The position numbers were made by a program, and so were the translations under genes. DNA of 64,000 bases from a virus (taxonomy: Duplodnaviria > Caudoviricetes): positions 7,961 to 71,960 of IMG/VR virus record IMGVR_UViG_3300031414_000020. One strand, written 5' to 3'. Of this stretch, positions 27,717 through 38,359 are shown piece by piece. Within the stretch, counting starts at the first letter, position 1. Every line of letters begins with the position of its first letter. The notes below the pieces were generated by a model. It was given only the letters and a program-made list of their open reading frames with translations. It searched no databases and was not told the origin of the DNA.

Positions 27717-30628
27717 CGGTCAATCGTTTGGAGTTTGTGGTTCACGAAGTCAAACGCGATGTCTTCTTGAACATGCAGGATACCATCAGGCAACACAACC
27801 AACTTACGCTTAACAGAACAACGAGTAGATTCGTCGATAGCGGTGTAGGTGGAAATGTCTTTGTTAGGGCCGAGGTCATCCAGTTTAACACCGATAACGT
27901 CAGTACCTGCCGCTGCCGTGATACGTGAGATGATATCCGATACAGACACCGTGTTACGAGACAACACACTGTTGATGATATCAGATGCATTCTGCGACAA
28001 CGCCGTACGCAATTCAGTGTTGGTGTAACTAACCAACGACATGACGTACGTAACATGGAATTGCATGCCAGCAGGAATACTAATCTCACGGCCGTCATTA
28101 ATAACGATACGACTATAGCCTAGGCTACGGGTCGGATAGAAACGAATGAACGTGTTCTCAATCAACTTACCGCCAATATCGGCAATAGGACCAGTGATCC
28201 AATCAACCAGCGTGGACGGAACGTACTTAGCATATTCGACATCTTCTGGGTCAGTGGCAAAGTAGTAAATGCCATCTAACATCAGGATATCGAACTGCCT
28301 TTCAGTTTTACGATCCAGTAAGCGAATAGGCTTACCATCGCTATCGAGTTTAGCACTCCCCGCCACAAACGAGATTTTCTGCTTGCCGGTCTCTGTATCG
28401 ATAACCGGGTCACCTGCCCTGTGCTCGTAGACGTACGTCACCTTGCCGTCTTTTACTTCAACGACTGGCTTACCGTTTTCACGTTTAGGAATGTCAGTGT
28501 CATAGAACGCCAAGACGTCGGCATCCCATGTAGCGTAACGTTCACTACCCGCAACAGGACGTGCACGAGACCAGAGTCCATCCAGCGAGTCACCAGTCGT
28601 AACACCGATACGGTTACGTGAAATGCCGTGGCTGTTAGATGGCAGCAGCATGTTACCCATCCAGGAATCGAGACTACGCGGCTCTAACTGGTATACGTCA
28701 TAGTCAGATACTGCATAAACCAGATCCCAGGTACCACTCAACGGCATCGCAATTTCACGACTCGCGTTGTTAAACATCGAGAAGTTCTTAACGATCAAGC
28801 TGTGTAGTGTGGTAACGTCCCAATCGGTTTCGATGTCAAAGCGATACACTCGCTCGCCATTCAGCAGATTGTTTTCCTGCACACCGTTCATGAACGCCCA
28901 ACCAGTATCGTCCTCGGGTTGGAAGGCCAACTGGAGGTGACACTGATCATCACGAAGTGCTTTCCAACTATCGCCTGACGAGGTGGAAACAACCAGCGAG
29001 AATCCGGTAGCTGTTTTGGTCAGCGTCATTGAGTCGGGAGCAACACCTAACAACGTGGTTTCATTACGTTCAATGAATTCACGATATTTAATCCGTGGGT
29101 TCTCCATGTAATACGCACGAGTGCTAAATCTATTGTTCGATGTATCCAGCACGTAATGGAAAGGTGTCCACAGATACTGCACGTTATTAACCTGGTTGGC
29201 CAGAACGTCAGATGACATGCTATACATCATCTTCTTCTCTGCATCAGAAACAATACTGATGTTGCCATCACGGATAACGAACAGAGTGTCAGGCTTAATG
29301 GTGATACGCTCGCCATTGTCCTCAACGGTGCTGTAACCCACCAGGGACTCGATGGTAGCCTGGAACAACTCCATGCTGCAACCCAGACCTGTGGTGAACT
29401 TACCCGTGGTTGGCGCAGGCATCGCACGCGTGGCCAGATAGGTACGCGAGTTAATATCGTCGATAGACTTCAGCACGTTGAAACCGGCACGCTCGACTGT
29501 GGTCTTCAGCTGCGCATCCGTAATCGGATTGTCAGTGTGGTTCGCATTGTGAATCACACGTTCACGAAGCTGTTCGAACGTCAGACCGTTTGCACCACCA
29601 TTAACCTTCTGGGTACAATAGAAGTACATGTCGTTGAATGCGCCATACGGTGCACTGTAGCGACTCTCCTCTACTGTTTCCTCAGGGTCGTTAAATGCCA
29701 TCACGTAATTGGACGGAGCAAAACCAGACAGGTCCAAGTTGATCACACCACGACTCGTATAAATGTCAATACGCATCTCGTTGCTGATCTGTTTGGTCGT
29801 GATATAAATCTGAGGTATTGTTACCGTCAGACTGTTCTCATTAACCTGTAAGACAGCAGTTGGTGTGTTGGGGTCCTGTACCTGCTTACTGTGCGTGGTC
29901 TCAACTTCAAGCCACGTGCCGTCAGATATTTTCCGCCAGACACGACAATAGAAGTATTGATCAGCCAGGGTAAACTTCTGAGCCACAGTAGTACCTGGTG
30001 CAATCGGCACAGTGGTCGACGTGATCTTAAACTGCATCACCGGAATAACCATGGTGATATAGTCGACGTTGTTCTGTGTCGATGCATACCACTCAACGAG
30101 GTTGGTGTCTAACGTACCAATCGGACTCTCAATCGAGTTGTCGTAGGTAATCTCAATCCCACCGTACGGCATCAGGCGGGCTACCACCGGATACAGGGTA
30201 GTGAAGACGTAGTCGTTAACAGTCCAACTCGTATTACGTGGCAGTGTGATTTGCTTGATACGAGTATTCGGCACATCGACCATACGCTGAATCAGTTCTT
30301 CGCGAGACACTGCGAATTCAAACTCAGTCTTGGCCGGAGTACAGAAGCGACAGAGGTAGTCAACGTTAGCCATGTGATGATAAAGATCATCGTACGTTTG
30401 AGCCAGTTGGGGATACTGTTGACGTGTCGCCGTTTCAATGGCGTTCATGCCTGCCAGATATAGTGCCACGCCCGTACCTTGTAAAAGGTTAAACGGTGTG
30501 GAAGGGTCGACGATATCGAGTTCCCCATTCGTTGCACTTTCGATAGCTTCATAGACCTGGTCTTGCACCAGACTTGGATTCAGTCTAGCCTGACCAATGG
30601 CCGTAGCCAGTTCAGAGATCTTAGTCAT
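27710..30628 (-). CDS. Large baseplate wedge-like virion protein (phiKZ gp87-like)
   Basis: 972 aa; GGANG..FEQLRERVI...ITDAQL segment resembles baseplate J/gp6; beta-rich; synteny. Confidence 0.6.
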   Translation of the reverse strand: MTKISELATAIGQARLNPSLVQDQVYEAIESATNGELDIVDPSTPFNLLQGTGVALYLAGMNAIETATRQQYPQLAQTYDDLYHHMANVDYLCRFCTPAKTEFEFAVSREELIQRMVDVPNTRIKQITLPRNTSWTVNDYVFTTLYPVVARLMPYGGIEITYDNSIESPIGTLDTNLVEWYASTQNNVDYITMVIPVMQFKITSTTVPIAPGTTVAQKFTLADQYFYCRVWRKISDGTWLEVETTHSKQVQDPNTPTAVLQVNENSLTVTIPQIYITTKQISNEMRIDIYTSRGVINLDLSGFAPSNYVMAFNDPEETVEESRYSAPYGAFNDMYFYCTQKVNGGANGLTFEQLRERVIHNANHTDNPITDAQLKTTVERAGFNVLKSIDDINSRTYLATRAMPAPTTGKFTTGLGCSMELFQATIESLVGYSTVEDNGERITIKPDTLFVIRDGNISIVSDAEKKMMYSMSSDVLANQVNNVQYLWTPFHYVLDTSNNRFSTRAYYMENPRIKYREFIERNETTLLGVAPDSMTLTKTATGFSLVVSTSSGDSWKALRDDQCHLQLAFQPEDDTGWAFMNGVQENNLLNGERVYRFDIETDWDVTTLHSLIVKNFSMFNNASREIAMPLSGTWDLVYAVSDYDVYQLEPRSLDSWMGNMLLPSNSHGISRNRIGVTTGDSLDGLWSRARPVAGSERYATWDADVLAFYDTDIPKRENGKPVVEVKDGKVTYVYEHRAGDPVIDTETGKQKISFVAGSAKLDSDGKPIRLLDRKTERQFDILMLDGIYYFATDPEDVEYAKYVPSTLVDWITGPIADIGGKLIENTFIRFYPTRSLGYSRIVINDGREISIPAGMQFHVTYVMSLVSYTNTELRTALSQNASDIINSVLSRNTVSVSDIISRITAAAGTDVIGVKLDDLGPNKDISTYTAIDESTRCSVKRKLVVLPDGILHVQEDIAFDFVNHKLQTIDRA

Positions 30629-31706
30629 TGTTATCGCCCTTTAAAGCATTGTAATACTGCGCTTCAGCTAAAGGTACCCACCACTCTAACTCCAGCGTCT
30701 CCTCATTGATATGAGGTAGTCCACGGTAGTTATAGTCCCGCAACAAATCGTTAGGAACTTTGACGTAGGCGTTGCTTGTACCTGCAACAGCTTCTTTTAA
30801 CTGCGGACACCAACGGAATGTTACTTTGTTGAACCAATAGATGATAATTGGATCGTTATACAAAGCGCCAGTTGCACGGAACGGAACTGTGATTTGTGCG
30901 GTGTCGTCCATATATGGCTTTTCTGCGTTATAATTCATTGATGCGCCGATACTGATAGCCGTAGGGTACGAAGCACCACAGCACGCAATCTTCTGAACAT
31001 AACGACGAGATGGATCGAGAACTAAGCGATAAATGCGTGTCTCATAATCCTTCTCGTTCTCCAGCATGCTCTCCGGATACGGCATTAAGTCACCGCGATA
31101 GACCCATCCGCTGTAGAGCAGCCAAACTAAAAACATTAATGTTATAGGGTCGCCAGGCACGTTTCTGAAATTGGCGGTCAGTGTATAGCTATCGAGGATT
31201 TCCCCGATACTGTCAATCTGACTATAAGTCTGCCGCGCCTTACCTTCGGGTGAGGTGTAGCTATCCATGTCAATATCTTTCCAACCGTTCAAACTGAGCA
31301 GGTTGTTAGACAACAGTGGAATCCAAGGACAGAAGCGATCGACCAGCGGTGTGCTGATGGGCGTGTTGTTATGACGCTTAGCACCTGGTGGCAAATCGAG
31401 GTTCCAGTTCCCGCGAGGGTCCAAGTACGCTCGTACCATACGTGGAATGCTGTACTCTTCGCTTGACGTAAGAATACTGAGTACACGCTTAGTAATCAGG
31501 TTACTTTCACTCAGGTTGAAATTTGGCCGAGAGAAGAAAATCAAACCGTTGTTATCAAGGTTCGTTGTAACGGGGTTGCCCAGACCACGGTGGTTAAAGC
31601 CGCGCATCATCAGACTGTTGGCGATGCTTAGTTCGCCCAAACCATTTTGTCGTGAGATCAAGTTTATCTGCCGGATAATATCGGCTTGATCATTCGGGTT
31701 ATACAT
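30621..31706 (-). CDS. Tail-tube-like/baseplate virion protein (phiKZ gp88-like)
   Basis: 361 aa; FFSRPxxNLS motif; overlaps the 972-aa gene; synteny. Confidence 0.55.
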   Translation of the reverse strand: MYNPNDQADIIRQINLISRQNGLGELSIANSLMMRGFNHRGLGNPVTTNLDNNGLIFFSRPNFNLSESNLITKRVLSILTSSEEYSIPRMVRAYLDPRGNWNLDLPPGAKRHNNTPISTPLVDRFCPWIPLLSNNLLSLNGWKDIDMDSYTSPEGKARQTYSQIDSIGEILDSYTLTANFRNVPGDPITLMFLVWLLYSGWVYRGDLMPYPESMLENEKDYETRIYRLVLDPSRRYVQKIACCGASYPTAISIGASMNYNAEKPYMDDTAQITVPFRATGALYNDPIIIYWFNKVTFRWCPQLKEAVAGTSNAYVKVPNDLLRDYNYRGLPHINEETLELEWWVPLAEAQYYNALKGDNND

Positions 31707-31747
31707 AAAGACCGCCTATTCATTTTAATCTATATACGAGGTAAACG

Positions 31748-32830
31748 ATGTTAAGTCCTCTCGCAGCCACCATTGTAGGTGAGGTTGGCGACAAAGCTCT
31801 TAATGTGGTAAAAGCACTTACCCAGAAAGAGAAGTCCCTTCTCGACTTTATTCGCGTAGGGCAAGTTACTCCGATGGTCATCGTCGACAGTGACATTCGC
31901 CATAACCCGACCACCAAAGACATCCTTCACGTTCTATCTACTCTGTTCACTGCGTATTACATGCAGGCACTGGTGTACGAAGACCTGATCGATGACGTAC
32001 GTATCACTCAGCGTCTGGAGAAGTTCAATCCGGCGCAGAGCAAACCTCTGTTCAAATCTATCGGCCTTGAGTCACTTGGCGGTTACGGTTTAGGCCCGAC
32101 CACCAAAGCTGGACTGGAAGCATATGATAAGGGCCGCACCGGCGGTGGTAGTGATGTCTTTACTAAAGAGAACACTGCTGAGCTGTACGAAGATCGTTCG
32201 CTGGCTGTGGGTAAAACCATTACCATCAAACTGCACGATCGTGCTGGCAACCCACGTCCTACTCCGGTAACTATCCGTCTGGTTCCTATGACTATGGATA
32301 GCGGCGCACTGCTTTCTGCGTATAGCCTGGGTTCTCGCTGGAACACCGAATCAGAACGTAAGCACCGTGTTAATCAGGGTGAGCTGCACTGGTTCTGGGA
32401 TTACTGGTTGAAGCGCGATCTGATCCGTGAGCATCAACAGGCACTGGTAAATGACAAGTCTGGCGTTTATGCCGCACTGTCTGACCGTCGTAGTAGCAAA
32501 CTGGTAAGCGCCATCGTAAACGGCGAACAGTCGGTTGCTGCCGCTGCTGCAATGTCCATCATCTCCGCTAAAACAGCGAAAGAGTTGGAACGTCGCCTGG
32601 GTGGTAAGTTGTCAAACTACAAAACCCGTGAGCAGCTGTTCGAATCTACTGGCCTGATGCTGATGGTTGTGTTCGATCCAAACTTCGAGCAGATGACCTT
32701 CTACTACAGCGGTACACCTGATGCAAGTCAGCTGTCTGTTTCTGAAGTGAAGTCCAGCGGTAAGAAGCAGGATGTGAATGTGATGGAACTGATCAACACG
32801 TTCATGAACAAAGGCGCACCGAGCTTTTAA
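31748..32830 (+). CDS. Inner-body/head protein (phiKZ gp89-like)
   Basis: 360 aa; GLES and GLEA sites; LAVGK motif; synteny. Confidence 0.6.
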   Translation: MLSPLAATIVGEVGDKALNVVKALTQKEKSLLDFIRVGQVTPMVIVDSDIRHNPTTKDILHVLSTLFTAYYMQALVYEDLIDDVRITQRLEKFNPAQSKPLFKSIGLESLGGYGLGPTTKAGLEAYDKGRTGGGSDVFTKENTAELYEDRSLAVGKTITIKLHDRAGNPRPTPVTIRLVPMTMDSGALLSAYSLGSRWNTESERKHRVNQGELHWFWDYWLKRDLIREHQQALVNDKSGVYAALSDRRSSKLVSAIVNGEQSVAAAAAMSIISAKTAKELERRLGGKLSNYKTREQLFESTGLMLMVVFDPNFEQMTFYYSGTPDASQLSVSEVKSSGKKQDVNVMELINTFMNKGAPSF

Positions 32831-32841
32831 TTGAGGGTACC

Positions 32842-33741
32842 ATGGAAACTACTGAATTCTTAAACCTGCTCCCAGCCACCGTTGATCGTTCGATGGTGAT
32901 TGGACAGTTGCGTTCCCAGATTGGGAACATGACCGATAACGTTATCCCTTCATTTAAAGCCGGACAAGATCTGTTCGACGGTTCTTATAAGTTCCGTTCT
33001 CAGCTGGCTCGTAATGTTGAGACTACGTTCTCTCGTCAGCGTATGACCGCTAACCGCGTTAACTGGGTCGGTGACGTTTTGACCGCACTGGAAACAGCGT
33101 CTGAAGTCGTTCCTCGTTTCCTCAGTGAAATTGAGAAACTGAATACTGGCATCATTACTCGTGATGGCATTGACTTACGCACAGCAAACATCCTGCAACT
33201 CGCAGAGATGAATAAATTCATGCTGAGCTACGCGCCTAAACTTCTGCTGTGGGTAACTGCCGCCGAAGGTGCTGCGACTAGCGCACATGTAAAAGAAAAT
33301 ATCACTCGCGGTGAAAGTGAGTGGTTGACTCAGAACCTGGGTGGCTTTGCAGCGATCGTTCGTCTGTACTGTCGTCCGGCTGCCGAGATCAACAAAAAGC
33401 TCGACGGTGTTGCTAAGATCCCGGTTGCGGGTGTTGACTTCGAAACTGCCTCTGCGGTAGATTTCACTAAAGTCGATCCAATGCGCATGGGCTTTATTGG
33501 CGAAGATCTTCTGGCTGGTTTCGTTTCAGCTGTGAGTTACCGTCTGGGCAAAATGTGGGCAGAGTATAGTGTCAAAGAGCACAACGAACAGAAAGAACTC
33601 AAGACTGCTCTTGAGCTGCGTCTGATCGAACTGCGTATGGCGCAGGGTGGCACTAGTGATGCGGTATTGACCAAACGCATTAAGTACACCGAAGACCGTC
33701 TGTCTAAACTGAGCTATCAGATCGCACAATACGGGGTGTAA
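32842..33741 (+). CDS. Inner-body/head protein (phiKZ gp90-like)
   Basis: 299 aa; C-terminal ELRLIELR coiled coil; synteny. Confidence 0.6.
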   Translation: METTEFLNLLPATVDRSMVIGQLRSQIGNMTDNVIPSFKAGQDLFDGSYKFRSQLARNVETTFSRQRMTANRVNWVGDVLTALETASEVVPRFLSEIEKLNTGIITRDGIDLRTANILQLAEMNKFMLSYAPKLLLWVTAAEGAATSAHVKENITRGESEWLTQNLGGFAAIVRLYCRPAAEINKKLDGVAKIPVAGVDFETASAVDFTKVDPMRMGFIGEDLLAGFVSAVSYRLGKMWAEYSVKEHNEQKELKTALELRLIELRMAQGGTSDAVLTKRIKYTEDRLSKLSYQIAQYGV

Positions 33742-33744
33742 TGA

Positions 33745-34272
33745 ATGTACGCAAAAATCTACGGACACTACCCACTGGGTTTTCGTCGTGTTTTGCGTCC
33801 AGGTGAAAAGAAACTCGATGCGGCTCCTGATGACCGTGTAACGGAAGAGTATATCCGTTGGCAGGATGACCGCGCGGGTTTCCGCAGCTGGGCCACTCAC
33901 GAGAACGCCATCAAACTGGCTGTCAGTCTGTTTGGCGATTTCAAGTCCTGGCTGCGTGAACAGCAAGACAACCAGAATCTGTCTCCCCATGCCTGGAACT
34001 TCCTGGTAGAGACTGTTCGTTTCATCAACACTGGTGAGCGTCGCATTAATGTGTTTACGCACACCGCGATGATTCTGATGGATGTCGAAGCGTTCAACCG
34101 ACTGCCGACTCGCGATCGTAAAGAACACCTGTCTGCGCTGCTTGAAGCATCGTCTGATACAGTGTTCTGTCATTGGCTCCGCCAGCCTAACGGTTTCTCC
34201 GATATGCTATGTAGCCTTACTGTCTTTTTCGGTAACACGCAGCCTAAGGGCAGCGTTACCTGGGCCTCTTAA
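33745..34272 (+). CDS. Conserved hypothetical virion-region protein
   Basis: 175 aa, co-oriented and tightly packed. Confidence 0.6.
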   Translation: MYAKIYGHYPLGFRRVLRPGEKKLDAAPDDRVTEEYIRWQDDRAGFRSWATHENAIKLAVSLFGDFKSWLREQQDNQNLSPHAWNFLVETVRFINTGERRINVFTHTAMILMDVEAFNRLPTRDRKEHLSALLEASSDTVFCHWLRQPNGFSDMLCSLTVFFGNTQPKGSVTWAS

Positions 34273-34289
34273 AACTGGAGTTCGTTCCA

Positions 34290-35558
34290 ATGAGAAATAA
34301 ACGTTTACTTCGTGCCTCTCTGGAGAGTCGCATTGAAGAAATCACCGCTGAAGTTGTACCTGCTGATGACGCGGTAATCGCACAAGTCGATACCATCGTT
34401 CCAGCGGGCGACAGCATTGTTGTTGTTGACAGTTCTGATGTAGAGCTGGAAGCAGTACAACGTGCACAATCTGAAACCGTTGACACCGTTGACGCGATCT
34501 CTCAACTCGTGCAGGCAGCTGGTCAGCTGGAAGGCGTTCGCACTAACATCGCTGCGACACTGCCTAATGGTGGTCTGACTCAGGGCGAAGCTGTTGCCTA
34601 TGCAACTGCTGCTGACGTAATCACGTCTGACCTCGGTGTAACTGAAGTCATCCCTGCAATGGAAAGCTTCGGTGGTTCAATGTCTCGCCTTCAAGCGACT
34701 CAGGAATCCCTGAACTCCGTAACCGACGTCATCAAACGTGTTGCAGCGCGCGCGGCACAACTGCTTGAGCAACTGCTTGAGCGTATCGGTAAACTGGCCG
34801 TACGTATCGTAGAGTATCTCACCAGCGACAAGTCTCGTTTGGAGAAGTATTCGAAGATTCTGGAAAAGGCTAACCGCTCTGGTAGCTATACCTTCAAAGT
34901 GGCTAACGACACTGCTATTCTGTTGGGTCTGTCCGGTAACGGTTCTAAGTCTGTATCTGACATCGAAGCGTTATGCGCTACCCTGTTGCAGACAAGCCAG
35001 GCTGCCATTGCTGCGGCAACCGACGACACCCCGACTGAAATCGTGGGTAAAGCATCTGCCGTGAAAAGCATTCTGGCTGGCAGTACCAGCAAGGAAGGTA
35101 ACAAAATCAAAACCAAACTGGTTAATGGTGTTCAAATCATCGAAACCATGCCTACCGGCGATGACGACTTTACCTCTTACGATCTGGAAATCGTTACTCC
35201 GGATGTGGGCGACTCAGCCGTTGAAGTTACGCTGTCCTACTCTGAACTCGCAGCAATCTGTAAGTTCCTGAACAGTGTTTCTATCAAACCTTTGAGCGAT
35301 GTGACTAAACATGCTAAAGGCACGGCCGTTGGCGCTAAGGTTGCTGCATGGGTAGCAACTAAACTCAGCACTGACGATGGTGCCACTGAAGCGATGGAAA
35401 ACTGGCGTCACCTGATGCTTGCTCGCGCTGGTGTAGCTCCGGCTGCCCTGGGTGCAATGCAACGTATCATGCAGGGCGCGATGTCTGTCCTGAGCAAAGG
35501 TACCGCACAGATGGCTAGCGGTAGCGGCGAAAAACTGGGTCTGCCTAACAAAGCGTAA
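34290..35558 (+). CDS. phiKZ-like internal head protein paralog
   Basis: Acidic propeptide, GGL motif, AMES and TQES sites, then an amphipathic helix. Confidence 0.7.
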   Translation: MRNKRLLRASLESRIEEITAEVVPADDAVIAQVDTIVPAGDSIVVVDSSDVELEAVQRAQSETVDTVDAISQLVQAAGQLEGVRTNIAATLPNGGLTQGEAVAYATAADVITSDLGVTEVIPAMESFGGSMSRLQATQESLNSVTDVIKRVAARAAQLLEQLLERIGKLAVRIVEYLTSDKSRLEKYSKILEKANRSGSYTFKVANDTAILLGLSGNGSKSVSDIEALCATLLQTSQAAIAAATDDTPTEIVGKASAVKSILAGSTSKEGNKIKTKLVNGVQIIETMPTGDDDFTSYDLEIVTPDVGDSAVEVTLSYSELAAICKFLNSVSIKPLSDVTKHAKGTAVGAKVAAWVATKLSTDDGATEAMENWRHLMLARAGVAPAALGAMQRIMQGAMSVLSKGTAQMASGSGEKLGLPNKA

Positions 35559-35580
35559 GGCGACCAAAGGTAGCAAGTAG

Positions 35581-35611
35581 AAAGAGGGGTCTCGGCCCCT
35601 CTTTTTATGCC
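35581..35611 (+). terminator. Intrinsic terminator
   Basis: AAAGAGGGGT-CTCG-GCCCCTCTTT followed by TTATGCC. Confidence 0.7.
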
Positions 35612-35680
35612 GTCAATAAAAGCCAGGTATTTTATGTGCACTGGTCTGTGCTCTTCAATCGATCGAACTGGAGTTACACG

Positions 35681-36973
35681 ATGAAATATAAACAAATGCT
35701 TAACATCGGTTTGGCTGCGAGTAACGAATCTCATGATTCGATGATTCCGCCATTGCCAATGGACGGTGAGTACACAGACGCTACATTGGGCGACGTAGGT
35801 GACGTTGAACAAAGTATGGAAGATCTGTCTACTGGCATGGAAGTCCTGAATGGGGTGGCGCGTAAGTTGTCAACCATTCGTGACAGCATGCAGAAAGGTG
35901 GTACCCTGAGCAAAGTGTCCGTTGAAGCATATGCTACTGCGGTAGACAATCTGGTGAATCCACTGGGGCTGTCTGGGTTGCTTGTTTCAGCTGAAGGTTT
36001 TGAACACGACAATGCTGCTTCGCTGAAGTACAGTGCTGAGGGTATCAAAGAAACATTGATGACGATTATCGATCGTTTGATTGAGTTGATCCTGGCGGCA
36101 GTAGAGAAAGGCAAAGAGTACGTGGCTAAGATGTTTGGTGCCACCGAACCGCTGGCTAACCGACTCGATGCGTTGATTGCTAAAGCAACTAGCCTGTCAA
36201 CTGTCGGCGCAAGTAAACCTAACGTCGATATTTCTGCTGCTCAGATGGAATGGTTAGTCAGCACCAAAGGCACTAAAGATGTATCGATGGCGGTCAAGTG
36301 GTACCAGAGTTATCTGGTTGCTGCTACCTTTGGTAAACCCGAGCAAGTCGCTCGTTACATTCGTAGCATTACCAGTGTAGTTAAAGGTTGGACTACCAAC
36401 TCAGCTGCTGCACTCGATGAGAACGCATTTGCGAGCGTAGAAAAACTACCAACGTCCACTGGCCTGAATCCGTCGACTGGTTACGATGAGTTGTTCATAT
36501 ACACTCCGTTCCAGATGCACGTTTCGAGTGACCCGCTTCCAGTGGTGGAGTTTGTGCATCGTGATGCTGCTGAAGAAATGCCAGAGCAATCGCCTGTAGC
36601 AGTTATGCAAGCAATGATGATTGACGCTATGGCAACCGGCATTCGTGGCACGCTGAAGACGTTTAACGAAAACCGTGATCGGTATGACGAAGTGCAGACT
36701 GCGCTTGCCGAGTATGGTCAGGTTGTTGAACAGTTGAAGGGCATCGAGTTCGAGCAGGATGAACAGGCATCACGTTTCCGTGAAGTTCTGATGATGGTAA
36801 ATGCCAGTGTTCGTAGTCACGGCGACTTCCCAGTTCGCATGGCTGCTAAAATGCTGCATGGTCTTTCTGCGATGGAAGCTATCATGTCCAAAATGATCAA
36901 CGATGGCTATGGTAAGAAAGAGACCGATGTTGGCGCTACGGGCACGGGAGCTACTATACCGGGGGTAGAGTAA
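35681..36973 (+). CDS. Internal head protein paralog
   Basis: GGAG RBS before ATG 35681; ASNE, VSAEG and YSAEG sites. Confidence 0.7.
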   Translation: MKYKQMLNIGLAASNESHDSMIPPLPMDGEYTDATLGDVGDVEQSMEDLSTGMEVLNGVARKLSTIRDSMQKGGTLSKVSVEAYATAVDNLVNPLGLSGLLVSAEGFEHDNAASLKYSAEGIKETLMTIIDRLIELILAAVEKGKEYVAKMFGATEPLANRLDALIAKATSLSTVGASKPNVDISAAQMEWLVSTKGTKDVSMAVKWYQSYLVAATFGKPEQVARYIRSITSVVKGWTTNSAAALDENAFASVEKLPTSTGLNPSTGYDELFIYTPFQMHVSSDPLPVVEFVHRDAAEEMPEQSPVAVMQAMMIDAMATGIRGTLKTFNENRDRYDEVQTALAEYGQVVEQLKGIEFEQDEQASRFREVLMMVNASVRSHGDFPVRMAAKMLHGLSAMEAIMSKMINDGYGKKETDVGATGTGATIPGVE

Positions 36974-38313
36974 TGAAATCTATCATGTTGCGTATGGATG
37001 CTACGGGTAGTATCTCACAAGAGAGTATCCAGCCAGGGACAGGCATCGATTACGCTGCTCGCTATGAACGCATGCGGGATCGTGCTGATCCAGAAGGCCA
37101 CAGTATGGTCTATATGACAATGGACCATCGTGCACTCAGCTCACACACCTCCAACATTAGCGAGTTAATGACACTGGCTGATTCATTGGAATCGTTGAAT
37201 GAAAGCGTTACGGAATTAATGGTTGAAGGTGGAATGTCACCGGAGAACCTGGTGCGGTTCGAAAAGCTGGCTAACTACATCGCAGGTCCGTTAGGGCAAG
37301 ACCCTATCGTACTGACCGATGCCGAGGGTATCATCTCTACTGAATCCCTTGGCTCTCGTGCTCGCGTTGCATACCAGTCGATTCAGAACAACCTGCGTTC
37401 TCTGGTAAACAGCGTCAGCCAGTACTTCCTCCGCTATCGTTCATTGACCGGTAGTGTGGCTCGTCAACTCAAAATTGAATTGGCTGATTTAAAGAAGGTT
37501 CGCTACAACGACCCGATTGATGTCAAGACCACACTCACCATGAGCGCTATCTGTGATGAATCTGGGCAGTTTGATCTCAGTGTGGCAAGTGAAGCGCTGC
37601 GTGCCTTTGCGGATGAGGTTAAGTGGGTAGTCAACACGCTAGCCCCTGAAACCATTAGTATGCTGGCTGCTGTAGGTAAATGGTTAGACGAAATGGAAGT
37701 CGCTGACGATAACACCGTCAACGCTTCGTTCAGTAAAGTAATGGATATCCAACCGCCGTTACCACTGGCGGCCTGGCCAGTTGTTCCACGGGCTGGCGTT
37801 AAGTCTTATTCAGTAACGAAGTCCACGCCCACATTCGATGGGAACGGCTTTACTGCGCTCACTCCGAACGTACCGCCTAAGGTAGACACTGACTATTTGA
37901 CAGTCGCCTTGATGGGTAGTGATATTACGTACGGTGATAAAAATAAGCGCGCTGTGATTATCTCTAACGATATTGTGGAAGTTGACAATATCGATACGGT
38001 AATCGACATGGTTGAACGTGCTTTGGAAATCTTAGAGTTCCACGACATCTTCAATCTCCACTCCACTCGCTTAGTTAAAGAACTGAACGGGTTAATGAAT
38101 GCCGGACAACGTTTGATGCAGAAAGCATCGGCTGCTGGCGATCTCTCTGAATCCTCTGTCGCTAAACTGGTGTTGGCAATTCAGGCACCACAGGCTATCT
38201 CTCTGAGGGCACAGTCTCCGTTCCGTGACGTATTATACGAAAGCGTTCGTGTCGTCACTGGCGTACTGGGACTGGCCGGTAGTGTAAAAACTGCGCTGAG
38301 TTCAGCCGAATAA
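36973..38313 (+). CDS. Internal head protein paralog
   Basis: ISQES, EGGMS and ISTES motifs. Confidence 0.7.
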   Translation: MKSIMLRMDATGSISQESIQPGTGIDYAARYERMRDRADPEGHSMVYMTMDHRALSSHTSNISELMTLADSLESLNESVTELMVEGGMSPENLVRFEKLANYIAGPLGQDPIVLTDAEGIISTESLGSRARVAYQSIQNNLRSLVNSVSQYFLRYRSLTGSVARQLKIELADLKKVRYNDPIDVKTTLTMSAICDESGQFDLSVASEALRAFADEVKWVVNTLAPETISMLAAVGKWLDEMEVADDNTVNASFSKVMDIQPPLPLAAWPVVPRAGVKSYSVTKSTPTFDGNGFTALTPNVPPKVDTDYLTVALMGSDITYGDKNKRAVIISNDIVEVDNIDTVIDMVERALEILEFHDIFNLHSTRLVKELNGLMNAGQRLMQKASAAGDLSESSVAKLVLAIQAPQAISLRAQSPFRDVLYESVRVVTGVLGLAGSVKTALSSAE

Positions 38314-38359
38314 TACGACCGAGTTCACTTTTCCCGTCCAATTAAAGGATAACTGTTTT

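Noticed and set aside
33526-34173. 215-aa minus-strand ORF
   Set aside because: Antisense to two well-supported plus-strand genes; no motif.
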